Source: an uncultured Clostridia bacterium
Lineage (GTDB): Bacteria; Bacillota; Clostridia; TANB77; CAG-508
Direction of reading: 5' to 3'
Assembly (NCBI GenBank): GCA_948530865.1
Contig: CAOTKV010000003.1
Coordinates: 41,881-105,880, forward strand
Length of the DNA stretch: 64,000 nucleotides
Below, in pieces: positions 37,280 to 46,841 of the stretch (the first letter of the stretch is position 1; the number at the start of each line of letters is the position of its first letter). The notes below the pieces were generated by a model. It made no database searches, was not told the DNA's origin, and was given only the letters and a program-made list of their open reading frames with translations. The translations under genes and the position numbers were made by a program.

Positions 37280-38707
37280 TTATATTAAAATTATTGGATT
37301 AACAGTAATTCCACCAATTAATGCAATTATACATAAGAAAAATAGTAATGTTTTTTTATAATTTTCATCATGAAATATCAAGAATAAAAATGATATTAAA
37401 CATGCTTCAATCATAAATAACATCATATAGTTTACTGTTCTAAAGGCTTGAGGATATCCTATAAATCCAATTACAAGCATTAATAAAACAACAATTCTCA
37501 TTGCTGATGTTACTGAAAATAACTTTTTATCAATATGTTTTATCATATAAAACATTATATATACACTTGCAAGTGATACTCCTGCAACGCCTCTTGAAAG
37601 TGATACATTTGAAAATAATGTAATTTTATTTATTGTATCAGGTAATCCTGACATACAAAATACTGTTTCTAAAACAGAAACAATTATAATAGGTAATAAA
37701 AATTCTATATGATCATCATTTTTATACATATAATATAATGCAATTAACATTGGTACTGGAAATGCTGATAAAAAACTTCCAAACAATGCTGTTTCTTCTC
37801 CCAAATTATTAAATGGTAAAAGTATATTATATAAATATGAATATAAAATAGATAATCCTCTTGTTTCATTTTCTATTACATCATTATAATTAAATGGAAT
37901 TTTCATTCTTAAAATAACTGCACAAACAATTGAAATTACTGTTGCTCCAACAAGTAATCCTCCATTATTTTTTAAAGCTTTTCTATTTTTTATTAATATC
38001 CAAATAATTAATGCAATAAATACATATCCAAATGATATAGCATATCCAGTAAATGTAAATGCATATGCCACAATACTTATCATCATTCCTATAACATACC
38101 AGATTTTATTTTTACTATTTTCTTGATTTAATAATTTATTTAAAAGAACAACAATTAATTCTCCCCATATTAATGAATCTATTTTATTAAAATTCCATTG
38201 AACTGCACCAGAAAATACTACTACAATGGTTCCTATTATTGACATTCCCTGACTTTCATCTGTAATTACCTTAAATAATTCATATGTCACAAGCAAAAGT
38301 CCATAAAATTTCAAATTCCACCATAAAGATAAGGTTGTACTGGTATTTAATAGCCATTCTTGAATTCCAATATTACTTCGTAAATATCCAATAAATGTAG
38401 ATAAAACTATCATGACAAATGATATCTTAAATCTATTTTCTACTATTATTGTATATAATTTTTTAAATCCTATTACAAAATGTAAACCTATAAATATATA
38501 TATTCCACAAAGTGTTATGCTTCTTGGAATTGAAAATGCATTTCCTGAACTTACAAAAATAAATTCTGTAATACCTGCTAAAAGTATCGAGATTAATACT
38601 AATATAAAAATTTTTCCTTTTTCTTTTTCTGTTAATGTCTCATGTTTTATTTGCATTTGTTCTATTTCTTTTTTGTTCTTTTTGTTTCCCATTTTATACT
38701 CCTTCAT
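37280..38707 (-). CDS. Polytopic membrane protein of unknown function
   Basis: 475 aa. It has a charged N-terminal tail followed by about 12 hydrophobic helices. It sits between glmU-like and the rml genes, so a glycan polymerase or GT-C role is possible but unsupported by motifs. Confidence 0.5.
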   Translation of the reverse strand: MKEYKMGNKKNKKEIEQMQIKHETLTEKEKGKIFILVLISILLAGITEFIFVSSGNAFSIPRSITLCGIYIFIGLHFVIGFKKLYTIIVENRFKISFVMIVLSTFIGYLRSNIGIQEWLLNTSTTLSLWWNLKFYGLLLVTYELFKVITDESQGMSIIGTIVVVFSGAVQWNFNKIDSLIWGELIVVLLNKLLNQENSKNKIWYVIGMMISIVAYAFTFTGYAISFGYVFIALIIWILIKNRKALKNNGGLLVGATVISIVCAVILRMKIPFNYNDVIENETRGLSILYSYLYNILLPFNNLGEETALFGSFLSAFPVPMLIALYYMYKNDDHIEFLLPIIIVSVLETVFCMSGLPDTINKITLFSNVSLSRGVAGVSLASVYIMFYMIKHIDKKLFSVTSAMRIVVLLMLVIGFIGYPQAFRTVNYMMLFMIEACLISFLFLIFHDENYKKTLLFFLCIIALIGGITVNPIILI

Positions 38708-38719
38708 TTGTATAAATAA

Positions 38720-40003
38720 TTATTTCTTTTTATATGGTTTATTAGTTTGTCTTTCTCTTGCAATTCCCATATTATTTGATGGTACATCTTCTGTAATTGT
38801 AGAACCAGCAGCAATTAATACATCATCTCCAAGTGTAACTGGTGCAACTAAATTTACATTTGAACCAATAAATGCTCTATCTCCAATTATTGTTTTATTT
38901 TTATTTACACCATCATAATTACATGTAATTGTACCACATCCAACATTACAATCTTCTCCGATTTCTGTATCACCTAAATATATGAAGTGAGGTACTTTTG
39001 TTCTATTTCCAATTTTTACTTTTTTAAGTTCAACACAATTCCCTATTTTAACATCATTTCCAATTAAACAGCCTTCTCTTATATAAGCATTTGGACCTAT
39101 TTCACAATTACTTCCTATTATAACTCCATTTTTAATTGTAGTATTGGGGTGAATTACAGTATCTACACCAATTATAACATTATCATGAATATATGTTGAA
39201 CTTGCATCTTCTATTGTAACACCTCTTCTCATATGTTCAGCATTTATTCTCATTCTTAAAACTCTAGTTAAAAGTTCTAATTGAGCTCTATCATTAACAC
39301 CTAAAATCTCTGTATTATCTTCAACAATAACAGCACCAGTTTTCAAACCTTTATCATTCATTATTTTTATAACATCTGTTAAATAATATTCTCCTTGTGC
39401 ATTATTAGGTTTTATATCTTTTAATGCTGATAATAGTTCTTCTATATCAAAACAATAAATACCAGAATTTATTTCTTTAATTTCTTTTTCATACATATTT
39501 GCATCTTTTTCTTCTACAATTGCTTTTATGTTTCCACCTTCATCACGAATAATTCTTCCATAACCTGTTGGATTATCATATATTGCTGTTAAAAGTGTTG
39601 CATATTCTTTATTTTTAAAACTTTTTATAATTAAATTTTCTAAAGTTTCTTTTCTTATAATAGGTACATCACCATAAAGAATAACTACTTTTCCTTTTTT
39701 TCCTTCTAAGTATTTAGTTGCTTGCATTACAGCATGACCAGTTCCTAATAATTCATCTTGATATGCATATTTTACTGAATCACCTAAAACTTCCTCAACC
39801 TCTTCTCTTAAATGTCCTACAACAGTAACAATTTCATCAGAGCCAACTTTACTTGCAAGCTCTGCTACTCTTTTTACTAATTCTTTATCATATATTTTAT
39901 GAACTAATTTAGATTTTTCAGACTTCATTCTAGTACCTTTTCCAGCAGCCATAATAACAGTCATTACATATTTTTCTTCACCATCAATAATCATAAAAAA
40001 CAC
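38720..40003 (-). CDS. glmU: Bifunctional N-acetylglucosamine-1-phosphate uridyltransferase/acetyltransferase-like protein
   Basis: MAAGKGTRMKS nucleotidyltransferase loop, LLGTGHAV, and C-terminal left-handed beta-helix hexapeptide repeats. The start is uncertain: GTG at 40003, ATG at 39994 or ATG at 39964. Confidence 0.7.
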   Translation of the reverse strand: MFFMIIDGEEKYVMTVIMAAGKGTRMKSEKSKLVHKIYDKELVKRVAELASKVGSDEIVTVVGHLREEVEEVLGDSVKYAYQDELLGTGHAVMQATKYLEGKKGKVVILYGDVPIIRKETLENLIIKSFKNKEYATLLTAIYDNPTGYGRIIRDEGGNIKAIVEEKDANMYEKEIKEINSGIYCFDIEELLSALKDIKPNNAQGEYYLTDVIKIMNDKGLKTGAVIVEDNTEILGVNDRAQLELLTRVLRMRINAEHMRRGVTIEDASSTYIHDNVIIGVDTVIHPNTTIKNGVIIGSNCEIGPNAYIREGCLIGNDVKIGNCVELKKVKIGNRTKVPHFIYLGDTEIGEDCNVGCGTITCNYDGVNKNKTIIGDRAFIGSNVNLVAPVTLGDDVLIAAGSTITEDVPSNNMGIARERQTNKPYKKK

Positions 40004-40074
40004 CTTTCTTAAACGATTTTAGTTTAATATATTATATTTAAAACATTTTATATTATTATTATTATTTAGTCAAT

Positions 40075-40665
40075 TTATTTACTAACCCTTGTAATTGAAA
40101 GTCCATCACCAATTTCTAATATTTCTGTTTTTAAATTTGGATTTTCTGTTATTTCTTTAATGTATTCTCTTAAATGCCTTACAGCAGTTCTTTGTTTATG
40201 CTTATTATAGTCACTCATAACATATCCTTTATATAAAACATTATCTGCTAAAATTAAACCACCATTTTTGATAAGTCTAATTCCTTCTTCTAAAAATATA
40301 GAATATTTACTTTTGGCTGCATCAATAAAAACAATATCATATTCATGATTTAAAGTTGGGAGTATTTCAACTGCATTTCCTATCATGATATTTATTCTAT
40401 CATTTACTCCTATTTTCTCTACATTTACAATCGCTTCTTTTGCTCTTTCTTCATCTAACTCAATTGTATCTATTACAGCATTTTCTGCATATTTTGCAAA
40501 ACAAGATGCAGAATATCCAACTGCTGTTCCTATTTCTAAAATTCTTTTTGGCTTTTCTTCTTTTAAAATCTCTTTTATTTTTTCTAATGTATCATCCATT
40601 ATTATTGGAATATGATTTTTTAAAGCTCTTTCCTTTACTATTTCAAATTGATCTTGATTAAACAT
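40075..40665 (-). CDS. Class I SAM-dependent O-methyltransferase (family 3, YrrM/TrmR-like)
   Basis: The track ORF extends to 40728. The ATG at 40665 (MFNQDQFE) has the SD AGAGGGA. ILEIGTAVGYSA and FIDAAKSKY are the family motifs. Confidence 0.75.
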   Translation of the reverse strand: MFNQDQFEIVKERALKNHIPIIMDDTLEKIKEILKEEKPKRILEIGTAVGYSASCFAKYAENAVIDTIELDEERAKEAIVNVEKIGVNDRINIMIGNAVEILPTLNHEYDIVFIDAAKSKYSIFLEEGIRLIKNGGLILADNVLYKGYVMSDYNKHKQRTAVRHLREYIKEITENPNLKTEILEIGDGLSITRVSK

Positions 40666-40743
40666 TTTATTCCCTCTTTTATATTTTATTTCAAGCAAAT
40701 TTATATCATAAAAGAAAAATTTTTTCAATTATTTACAATAAAT

Positions 40744-40772
40744 TTGCCTTTTATGTAAATTCGTGTTATACT
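40744..40772 (+). promoter_or_regulatory. Sigma-70-type promoter for the ~107-aa ORF
   Basis: TTGCCT, a 17-nt spacer, then TATACT. Confidence 0.5.
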
Positions 40773-40816
40773 CTTATAAGTTTCAATCAAAATAATATTT
40801 TATGGAGGAGACTTGT

Positions 40817-41140
40817 ATGCAGAATAACACCTTAGTATTTTCAGTAATCCAAAATGCATTGGGTCAATGCATCGATCCAATTGACCAGGCACTCATCTCA
40901 AGAGAAGCAAATTATGAATTCTTTTGCCTGGCAACGCCCACAGACTTAAATGTTTTAAGAGATATCGATTTCTTTCGGAATCATCAGAATGAATATCATT
41001 TCGTCCAGCTTGGCGAATATCTATCTTTTAAAAATCTGGTACTGGATAAACCATTTGTTGCATATACCAAAAGATCTTTGGGAAAGTGTAAAATGAGTGG
41101 ATTGTCTATTCGTGAAATTGTTGCATACAAACCAGAATGA
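40817..41140 (+). CDS. Hypothetical ~107-aa protein in a GC-richer mini-island
   Basis: SD GGAGGAG lies 5 nt upstream of the ATG at 40817 (the track starts at 40802). Codon usage is GC-richer than the flanks. It has its own terminator. No family recognised. Confidence 0.6.
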   Translation: MQNNTLVFSVIQNALGQCIDPIDQALISREANYEFFCLATPTDLNVLRDIDFFRNHQNEYHFVQLGEYLSFKNLVLDKPFVAYTKRSLGKCKMSGLSIREIVAYKPE

Positions 41141-41168
41141 TTCTCTAAAGTCATTCAAACGTCAAAAA

Positions 41169-41192
41169 ACCGCATCCTAAAAAGGATGCGGT
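41169..41192. terminator. Bidirectional rho-independent terminator
   Basis: ACCGCATCC, loop TAAAAA, then GGATGCGGT, with an A-run upstream and a T-rich tail downstream. It lies between the convergent hypothetical ORF and typA. Confidence 0.75.
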
Positions 41193-41206
41193 TCTCTCAT
41201 TTTATC

Positions 41207-43030
41207 TTATTGATTAGCATTTTGTCTTGCTGCTCTTTCTCTATCTTTATTGTTTAAAATTTTCTTTCTTAATCTAATGCTTTTTGGTGTTATTTCTACT
41301 AATTCATCATCTTGAATAAATTCAATAGCTTTTTCTAAACTCATTTGAATTGGTGGAACTAAACGAAGTGCTTCATCAGAACCTGAAGCTCTAGTATTTG
41401 TTAAATGTTTTTCTTTACATACATTAATTGCTAAATCTTCACTTCTTGAGTTTAATCCAACAATCATACCTTCATAAACTTCAACACCAGGTCCTATAAA
41501 TAAATCACCTTTATCTTGAGCATTATATAAACCATAAGTAATTGATTTTCCATTTTCAAAAGCAACTATTGTTCCTCTAACTCTTGCTTGAACATCCCCT
41601 TTATATGGCTCATAACAATCAAATATGTGATTCATTGTTCCTTCACCTTTTGTATCTGTTAAGAATTCTGTTCTATATCCAATAATTCCTCTTGCTGGTA
41701 TTTTAAATTCTATTTTTGTATGTCCATCTTCTGCTGGTTCCATATTAAGCATTTCAGCTTTTCTTCTACCTAATTTTTCTATAACATTTCCAACACAATC
41801 ATCAGGAACATTAACAACAAGTCTTTCCATTGGTTCACATTTTACACCATCTATTTCTTTAAAGATAACTTTTGGTCTTGAAACTAAAAGCTCAAATCCT
41901 TCTCTTCTCATTGTTTCAATAAGAACTGATAGATGAAGTTCTCCTCTACCTGAAACTTCAAATGAATCTGGTGTATCTGCTTCTTTAACTCTTAAACTAA
42001 CATTTCTATCTAATTCTTTAAATAATCTATCTCTAATATGTCTTGATGTAACAAACTGACCTTCTTTTCCTGCAAATGGTCCATTATTAACACTAAATGT
42101 CATAGAAACTGTTGGTTCATCTATATCTACAAATGGTATTTTCTCAGGATGTTCATAATCACAAATTGTATCTCCAATGTTTATGTCTGCAACACCAGAT
42201 AATGCAACTATATCTCCTGCATCTGCATGTTCAACTTCAATTCTTTTTAATCCATCATATACATAAAGTTTTGCAACTCTTGCATTTAAAACTTTATCTT
42301 CTGATTTACAGATTGCAACTGGCATGTTTAAATCTATTGCTCCTCTTTCTACTCTACCAATAGAAATTCTACCAATATAATCATCATAATCTATATTAGA
42401 AACTAGCATTTGCATAGTGCCATCCATATCACATGCAGGTGCTTCAATTTCATTTATTATTGTTTCAAATAAACATTCTAAGTTTTCACCTGGTTTATCT
42501 AAATCTAAAGTAGCTGTACCTTGTTTTCCTGAAGCATATACAACTGGAAATTCTAATTGATCATCATCAGCTCCAAGTTCAATAAATAAATCTAAAACAC
42601 TATCAACAACTTTTAGTGGTTGTGCTCCTGGTCTATCAATCTTATTTATAACAACTATTGGTTTTAATTTTAATGCTAAGGATTTTTTCAAAACCTCTCT
42701 TGTTTGAGGCATTGCACCTTCAAAAGCATCTACTAATAAAACAACACCATCAACCATTTTTAAAACACGTTCTACTTCTCCACCAAAATCTGCGTGTCCT
42801 GGTGTATCTACTATATTAATTTTAATATCTTTATAATGAACTGCTGTATTTTTTGAAAGAATTGTAATTCCTCTTTCTTTTTCTAAATCATTAGAGTCCA
42901 TAACTCTTTCTGCAACTTGTTCATTTGCTCTAAAAATACCGCTTTGTCTAAGCATAGCATCTACTAAAGTTGTTTTTCCATGATCAACGTGTGCAATTAT
43001 TGCTACATTTCTAATTTTTTGGTTATTCAT
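41207..43030 (-). CDS. typA: Translational GTPase TypA/BipA
   Basis: 607 aa. [36 protein letters not shown], and a BipA-like C-terminal domain. Confidence 0.95.
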   Translation of the reverse strand: MNNQKIRNVAIIAHVDHGKTTLVDAMLRQSGIFRANEQVAERVMDSNDLEKERGITILSKNTAVHYKDIKINIVDTPGHADFGGEVERVLKMVDGVVLLVDAFEGAMPQTREVLKKSLALKLKPIVVINKIDRPGAQPLKVVDSVLDLFIELGADDDQLEFPVVYASGKQGTATLDLDKPGENLECLFETIINEIEAPACDMDGTMQMLVSNIDYDDYIGRISIGRVERGAIDLNMPVAICKSEDKVLNARVAKLYVYDGLKRIEVEHADAGDIVALSGVADINIGDTICDYEHPEKIPFVDIDEPTVSMTFSVNNGPFAGKEGQFVTSRHIRDRLFKELDRNVSLRVKEADTPDSFEVSGRGELHLSVLIETMRREGFELLVSRPKVIFKEIDGVKCEPMERLVVNVPDDCVGNVIEKLGRRKAEMLNMEPAEDGHTKIEFKIPARGIIGYRTEFLTDTKGEGTMNHIFDCYEPYKGDVQARVRGTIVAFENGKSITYGLYNAQDKGDLFIGPGVEVYEGMIVGLNSRSEDLAINVCKEKHLTNTRASGSDEALRLVPPIQMSLEKAIEFIQDDELVEITPKSIRLRKKILNNKDRERAARQNANQ

Positions 43031-43087
43031 TTTTATTTACCCCTCTTATTCAAAGATTTACATAACATTTTCTTTTATAACCATAAT

Positions 43088-43116
43088 ATTATATATCTAT
43101 AGTTGTATTTTGTCAA
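43088..43116 (-). promoter_or_regulatory. Consensus sigma-70 promoter for typA
   Basis: The minus strand reads TTGACA, a 17-nt spacer, then TATAAT. Confidence 0.6.
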
Positions 43117-43144
43117 TGATTGTACGAATTTATTTTTATTAACT

Positions 43145-43173
43145 AAAAACGCCCCACCATCATTCGATGGCGG
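43145..43173 (-). terminator. Rho-independent terminator of the BI-1 family gene
   Basis: The minus-strand RNA reads CCGCCAUC, loop GAAU, then GAUGGUGG (one G-U pair), followed by GGCGUUUUU. Confidence 0.65.
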
Positions 43174-43189
43174 AGCGCAGAGACTACGA

Positions 43190-43879
43190 TTATTTGGATG
43201 ATTTACTACTTCCTCCTCTTCCAAGCAATCTTACGAATATGTTAATCATATCCAAGTACAATCCAGCACAGCTATCCACAGCATTCTCAAAAGTTTTCCT
43301 TTTCTTCTGAGCAAGTGCCCAATCATAGCCAACATACCCACAAAACAGAATCACAATGGCAAAATCCCAAAGTGTCGGAATGTGAATACCAAACAGCAAC
43401 ATGATACATTCAATGATAATTGCAGCTGTCAAACAAATAAACAGCGTTTTGCCCATAGACAAAAACACATCAGGTTTGACGGTAGAAAAACCAATCATAA
43501 GCAAAGTCACAATTACCGTGATTACACATGCATTCAGAATTGACACGTTACTAAACTGTGGTACGCTGATGGCAAGCAAAGTTCCTACTGCAAATACAAT
43601 GAGGTGATACCCCAAAAGTGTGAGCCCGATTCCATTTTTCATATGACAGATGACAATTCCAGCAATTGCCACCACGAAATATGCAATAATGAAAATAATC
43701 GGGCTCGATTCATACAAGCCAGTAAAAAATTCGCTAGTACAGGCACACATCACCGCATTGATGATGAATCCCCACAGCAAAACAAATCCAATACTCAGAT
43801 TGTATGCCCGTGCCGACATTTGTTCACGTTCTGAATAAGCCTTGTGTGAACTGTAGTTACTTGTGTAGTTCTCTCTCAT
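43190..43879 (-). CDS. Bax inhibitor-1/YccA family membrane protein
   Basis: The ATG at 43879 (MRENYTS) has the SD AGGAGG. There are 7 hydrophobic helices. The C-terminal YDWALAQ...AGLYLDMINIFVRLL block is typical of the BI-1/YccA family. It lies in a GC-richer block. Confidence 0.75.
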   Translation of the reverse strand: MRENYTSNYSSHKAYSEREQMSARAYNLSIGFVLLWGFIINAVMCACTSEFFTGLYESSPIIFIIAYFVVAIAGIVICHMKNGIGLTLLGYHLIVFAVGTLLAISVPQFSNVSILNACVITVIVTLLMIGFSTVKPDVFLSMGKTLFICLTAAIIIECIMLLFGIHIPTLWDFAIVILFCGYVGYDWALAQKKRKTFENAVDSCAGLYLDMINIFVRLLGRGGSSKSSK

Positions 43880-43942
43880 AAAAGTTCCTCCTGTCATACT
43901 ATAAATGTTGTTTTAGTGAGAATATCTCACAGTTACTTTGCT

Positions 43943-43971
43943 ATTATAGCATATATTTATATACTATACAA
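43943..43971 (-). promoter_or_regulatory. Sigma-70-type promoter for the BI-1 family gene
   Basis: The minus strand reads TTGTAT, a 17-nt spacer, then TATAAT. Confidence 0.5.
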
Positions 43972-44061
43972 TATTATTGACATAATTTCCCTATACTATA
44001 CTAGCTGTGTAACTCGTTAATGTTCTTTACTTGTCAAAGAATGAATATGAGAGGATAAACT

Positions 44062-44640
44062 ATGAAAACAATGCAGAACAAAGTAACTAACAACAAAGCA
44101 ATCGAAAAAGATATCACAAAACCATCTTTTCCGATTGTCACAGAAACAGTTTTCTTTTATGGAAAATGTACACAATTTTGTAACTATGAATTAGGAGTCA
44201 CTGGCAAATTTCAGGCAGATTCTGGCAAGCTTGAAGTAAAATTTCCTTTCAAAAAAGGTGAATATCTTTCTTTTGTAGAGCTTTTCAGAAGAAGACAAAT
44301 CGCATTTGTGAAACAACCTAATAAAAATTGCCCTTTACCAATTAACGATCCAAACTGGCATAAAAAACAGATCAATTCAAATAAAGACATTCCATCTGTT
44401 TGTCAGGATCTTTGTCATTATGATGAAGAAAATGAATACTTAACAATCTCAATGTCTATTGGCAATGACTATGCTCTGGATTATGGAACATACATTAAAA
44501 CCAGAGCCTTTCTTGTTATATTTCTTTACTTGATAAAAGTAATATTTGTTCTTTTAATAAATTACTTACTTTATCTTCATCTTCTTTTTCAACTTTTTTA
44601 TTTGCAAATTCTGATAAATCTAATGGTTTTCCATATATAA
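44062..44640 (+). CDS. Cys-rich hypothetical protein, probably 3'-truncated or read-through ORF
   Basis: SD GAGAGGA lies upstream of the ATG. GC-richer coding runs to about 44510. The frame then continues with no stop for 125 nt antisense into plsC, giving an F/L/I/Y-rich tail. Confidence 0.4.
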   Translation: MKTMQNKVTNNKAIEKDITKPSFPIVTETVFFYGKCTQFCNYELGVTGKFQADSGKLEVKFPFKKGEYLSFVELFRRRQIAFVKQPNKNCPLPINDPNWHKKQINSNKDIPSVCQDLCHYDEENEYLTISMSIGNDYALDYGTYIKTRAFLVIFLYLIKVIFVLLINYLLYLHLLFQLFYLQILINLMVFHI

Positions 44641-45127
44641 TTGCATTTTTTGTAAATGGCTTTGCAGGTCCTACAATTCCTATTGGAACTATTTGAGCTC
44701 CTGTTTTTAATGCCATATATGAAGCACCATTTTTTATAGCTCCTTCATTTTTTTCAAATCCATTTCTTGTTCCTTCAGGGAAAAGACCAATGCATCCTCC
44801 ATTTTTTAAAGTTTTTAATGCTGTTTTTAAAGATGATATATCTTTTGAATCTCTTTTTACATAAATCCCTTCAAAAAGAACTCCTAATAATGCAAATAAT
44901 GGATTTTTCTTCAATTCTTCCTTTGCCATAAATCTCATATGTCTTCCTGCAGTTGCAACAATTAATGGTGGATCTAAATAAGTTCTATGATTTCCACAAA
45001 ATATTACTGAACCTTCTAATGGTACATTTTCTTTTCCCATTATTTTTACTCTATATACGATTTTGCAATATGTATATATGCAACCTCTTACAAATACTCT
45101 TCCTATCTTTTTTAAAAACTCTTTCAT
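44516..45127 (-). CDS. plsC: 1-acyl-sn-glycerol-3-phosphate acyltransferase
   Basis: 203 aa. It carries the NHRTYLDP (NHxxxxD) and FPEGTR motifs. Its start overlaps the cmk stop by 1 nt. Confidence 0.85.
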   Translation of the reverse strand: MKEFLKKIGRVFVRGCIYTYCKIVYRVKIMGKENVPLEGSVIFCGNHRTYLDPPLIVATAGRHMRFMAKEELKKNPLFALLGVLFEGIYVKRDSKDISSLKTALKTLKNGGCIGLFPEGTRNGFEKNEGAIKNGASYMALKTGAQIVPIGIVGPAKPFTKNAIIYGKPLDLSEFANKKVEKEDEDKVSNLLKEQILLLSSKEI

Positions 45128-45801
45128 TATTCTCCTTTTCCTTTTGATTTTACTATTTCCACAATTTTATCTACTACTTCTTCAATAGTCATATTAGTAG
45201 AATCTACATATACAGCATCGTCTGCTTGTTTTAATGGAGCTACTGGGCTTGTTTTATCATTATTATCTCTAAATTTTATATTTTCTAAAATTTCTTCATA
45301 ACTGATTTTAATGCCTTTTTCTTCATTTTGTTTCATTCTACGATTTGCTCTTTCTTCTGCACTAGCATCTAAATATATTTTTACATCTGCATTTGGAAAT
45401 ACATTTGTACCAATATCTCTTCCTTCCATTATTATATTAGAATTTTTTCCCATCTCTCTTTGAAGTTCTACCATACGCTCTCTTACTATAACTATATGTG
45501 AAACTTGAGAAACAATTTCATTTACTTCTTTTTCTCTTATTAACCCTGAAACATCTTCTCCATTAAGAAAAAATTTATCTACATCATCAATTTTATTTTG
45601 CTCAATTTTTATGTTTTTTAGCATTTCTGCAATTTTTTCGGTTTCATCTAATTTAATATTATTTCTTATCATGTAAAGACTTGCACATCTATACATTGCA
45701 CCTGTATCTATATTTATTAAATCTAGTTTTTTTCCTGCTAATTTTGTTATTGTGCCTTTCCCACTTCCAGCTGGTCCATCTATTGCTACTATAAATGACA
45801 T
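45127..45801 (-). CDS. cmk: Cytidylate kinase
   Basis: 224 aa. IAIDGPAGSGKGT P-loop, DTGAMYR, and EGRDIGTNVFP. Confidence 0.9.
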   Translation of the reverse strand: MSFIVAIDGPAGSGKGTITKLAGKKLDLINIDTGAMYRCASLYMIRNNIKLDETEKIAEMLKNIKIEQNKIDDVDKFFLNGEDVSGLIREKEVNEIVSQVSHIVIVRERMVELQREMGKNSNIIMEGRDIGTNVFPNADVKIYLDASAEERANRRMKQNEEKGIKISYEEILENIKFRDNNDKTSPVAPLKQADDAVYVDSTNMTIEEVVDKIVEIVKSKGKGE

Positions 45802-45825
45802 TTTTATTTCTCCTTTTATTTAAAA

Positions 45826-46692
45826 CTATTTAGAGTTTTTATTATCTTTATTATAATTTACACCTTTTACAATAATTTCCATACTAAGCACATTCATAGC
45901 TGTTAAATTTTCAATCTCTCTTATTATTTTCTTCTTTAATAAAAGCATTGTTTCATTAATATTATATCCAAATTCTATTATAACTTCTATATAAATATAA
46001 ATTCCATCATTAAAACCTTCGTGTTTTTTTACTATAGTTCTATATATTTTATTTACGCCTTTAGTTTTGTCTGCAACACAATCTATAATTTGTTTAAATA
46101 CTGTATCTGAAATTTTAAAATTTCCCATATAACTAAATGTAGGTCTTATAATTGATTTTTCAGAAACATATGGCACATTCCCTTTTCCAGTTGATTTAAA
46201 TATTTGAAGTGGATCTAATAAATAACCTGAAAAATCTTTTTTTATTGCAAATGTTGGAACTGGTATAACATGTTTTCCTTGAGTAACTCTCACATTTCTA
46301 GCAGTTGCCATTTCTTCTTCAGTTGCAACATCTGTTATATATATAGTTTCAGAAACTGGTGGAAATCCAAGATTACTTGCTATTCTACTTACCATTTCAT
46401 CTGAAGTTCCAAGTATTAAGATACTTTCAGGCTTCTTCTTTTTTATTACTGTTTGTATTTCCTTTTTTCTATCTTCATTTTGAAATAATGCATTTCTTAC
46501 AGTTTCAATTTTAGTTGGAGCCTTTTTGGCAGAAATTCCAGCTAATACTTCATTTCCACTAATTAAAAGTCCATCATCTATTATATAATTGATTCCTCTT
46601 TCATTGGCAACCATTTGAGCTCTATAACTTTTTCCTGTTCCAGAAGGTCCAACAAAAGCATATACTTTCATTTTATGTGTATCAAATAGCAT
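45826..46692 (-). CDS. P-loop NTPase fused to an Asp23/Gls24-like C-terminal domain
   Basis: 288 aa. GPSGTGKS is the Walker A motif. The C-terminal ~110 aa (ISDTVFKQIIDCVADKTKGVNKIY...VIIEFGYNINETMLLLKKKIIREIENLTAMNV) resembles the Asp23 family. SD AGGAG lies upstream of the ATG at 46692. Confidence 0.55.
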   Translation of the reverse strand: MLFDTHKMKVYAFVGPSGTGKSYRAQMVANERGINYIIDDGLLISGNEVLAGISAKKAPTKIETVRNALFQNEDRKKEIQTVIKKKKPESILILGTSDEMVSRIASNLGFPPVSETIYITDVATEEEMATARNVRVTQGKHVIPVPTFAIKKDFSGYLLDPLQIFKSTGKGNVPYVSEKSIIRPTFSYMGNFKISDTVFKQIIDCVADKTKGVNKIYRTIVKKHEGFNDGIYIYIEVIIEFGYNINETMLLLKKKIIREIENLTAMNVLSMEIIVKGVNYNKDNKNSK

Positions 46693-46777
46693 AATTATCT
46701 CCTACAAAATTTCTTTGTTTGTTATTATATCAAATAAAGAAAAAAAAGTCTAGTAAACAATTATAAACGTAAAGAAA

Positions 46778-46807
46778 TCCCCAGAAACCATACATGGCTT
46801 CTGGGGA
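46778..46807 (-). terminator. Rho-independent terminator of the PLC-like gene
   Basis: TCCCCAGAA, a 12-nt loop, then TTCTGGGGA. On the minus strand it is followed by a T-rich tail (ATTTCTTT). Confidence 0.65.
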
Positions 46808-46841
46808 AAAGTTCAATATATTTATTTATGCTCTAATACTA

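Noticed and set aside
38412-38918. A 168-aa plus-strand ORF spanning the junction of the 475-aa membrane protein gene and the glmU-like gene.
   Set aside because: It is antisense to two well-supported genes. Its sequence is low-complexity and hydrophobic, with no SD or promoter.
43916-43930. The small palindrome GTGAG-AATAT-CTCAC in the BI-1 gene leader.
   Set aside because: The arms are only 5 bp. This is expected by chance and cannot be supported as an operator.
44511-44640. The hydrophobic C-terminal tail of the 44062 ORF, considered as a genuine transmembrane anchor.
   Set aside because: The tail begins exactly where the composition switches to host AT-rich DNA. It is the antisense of plsC codons, so it is most likely read-through after loss of the native 3' end.
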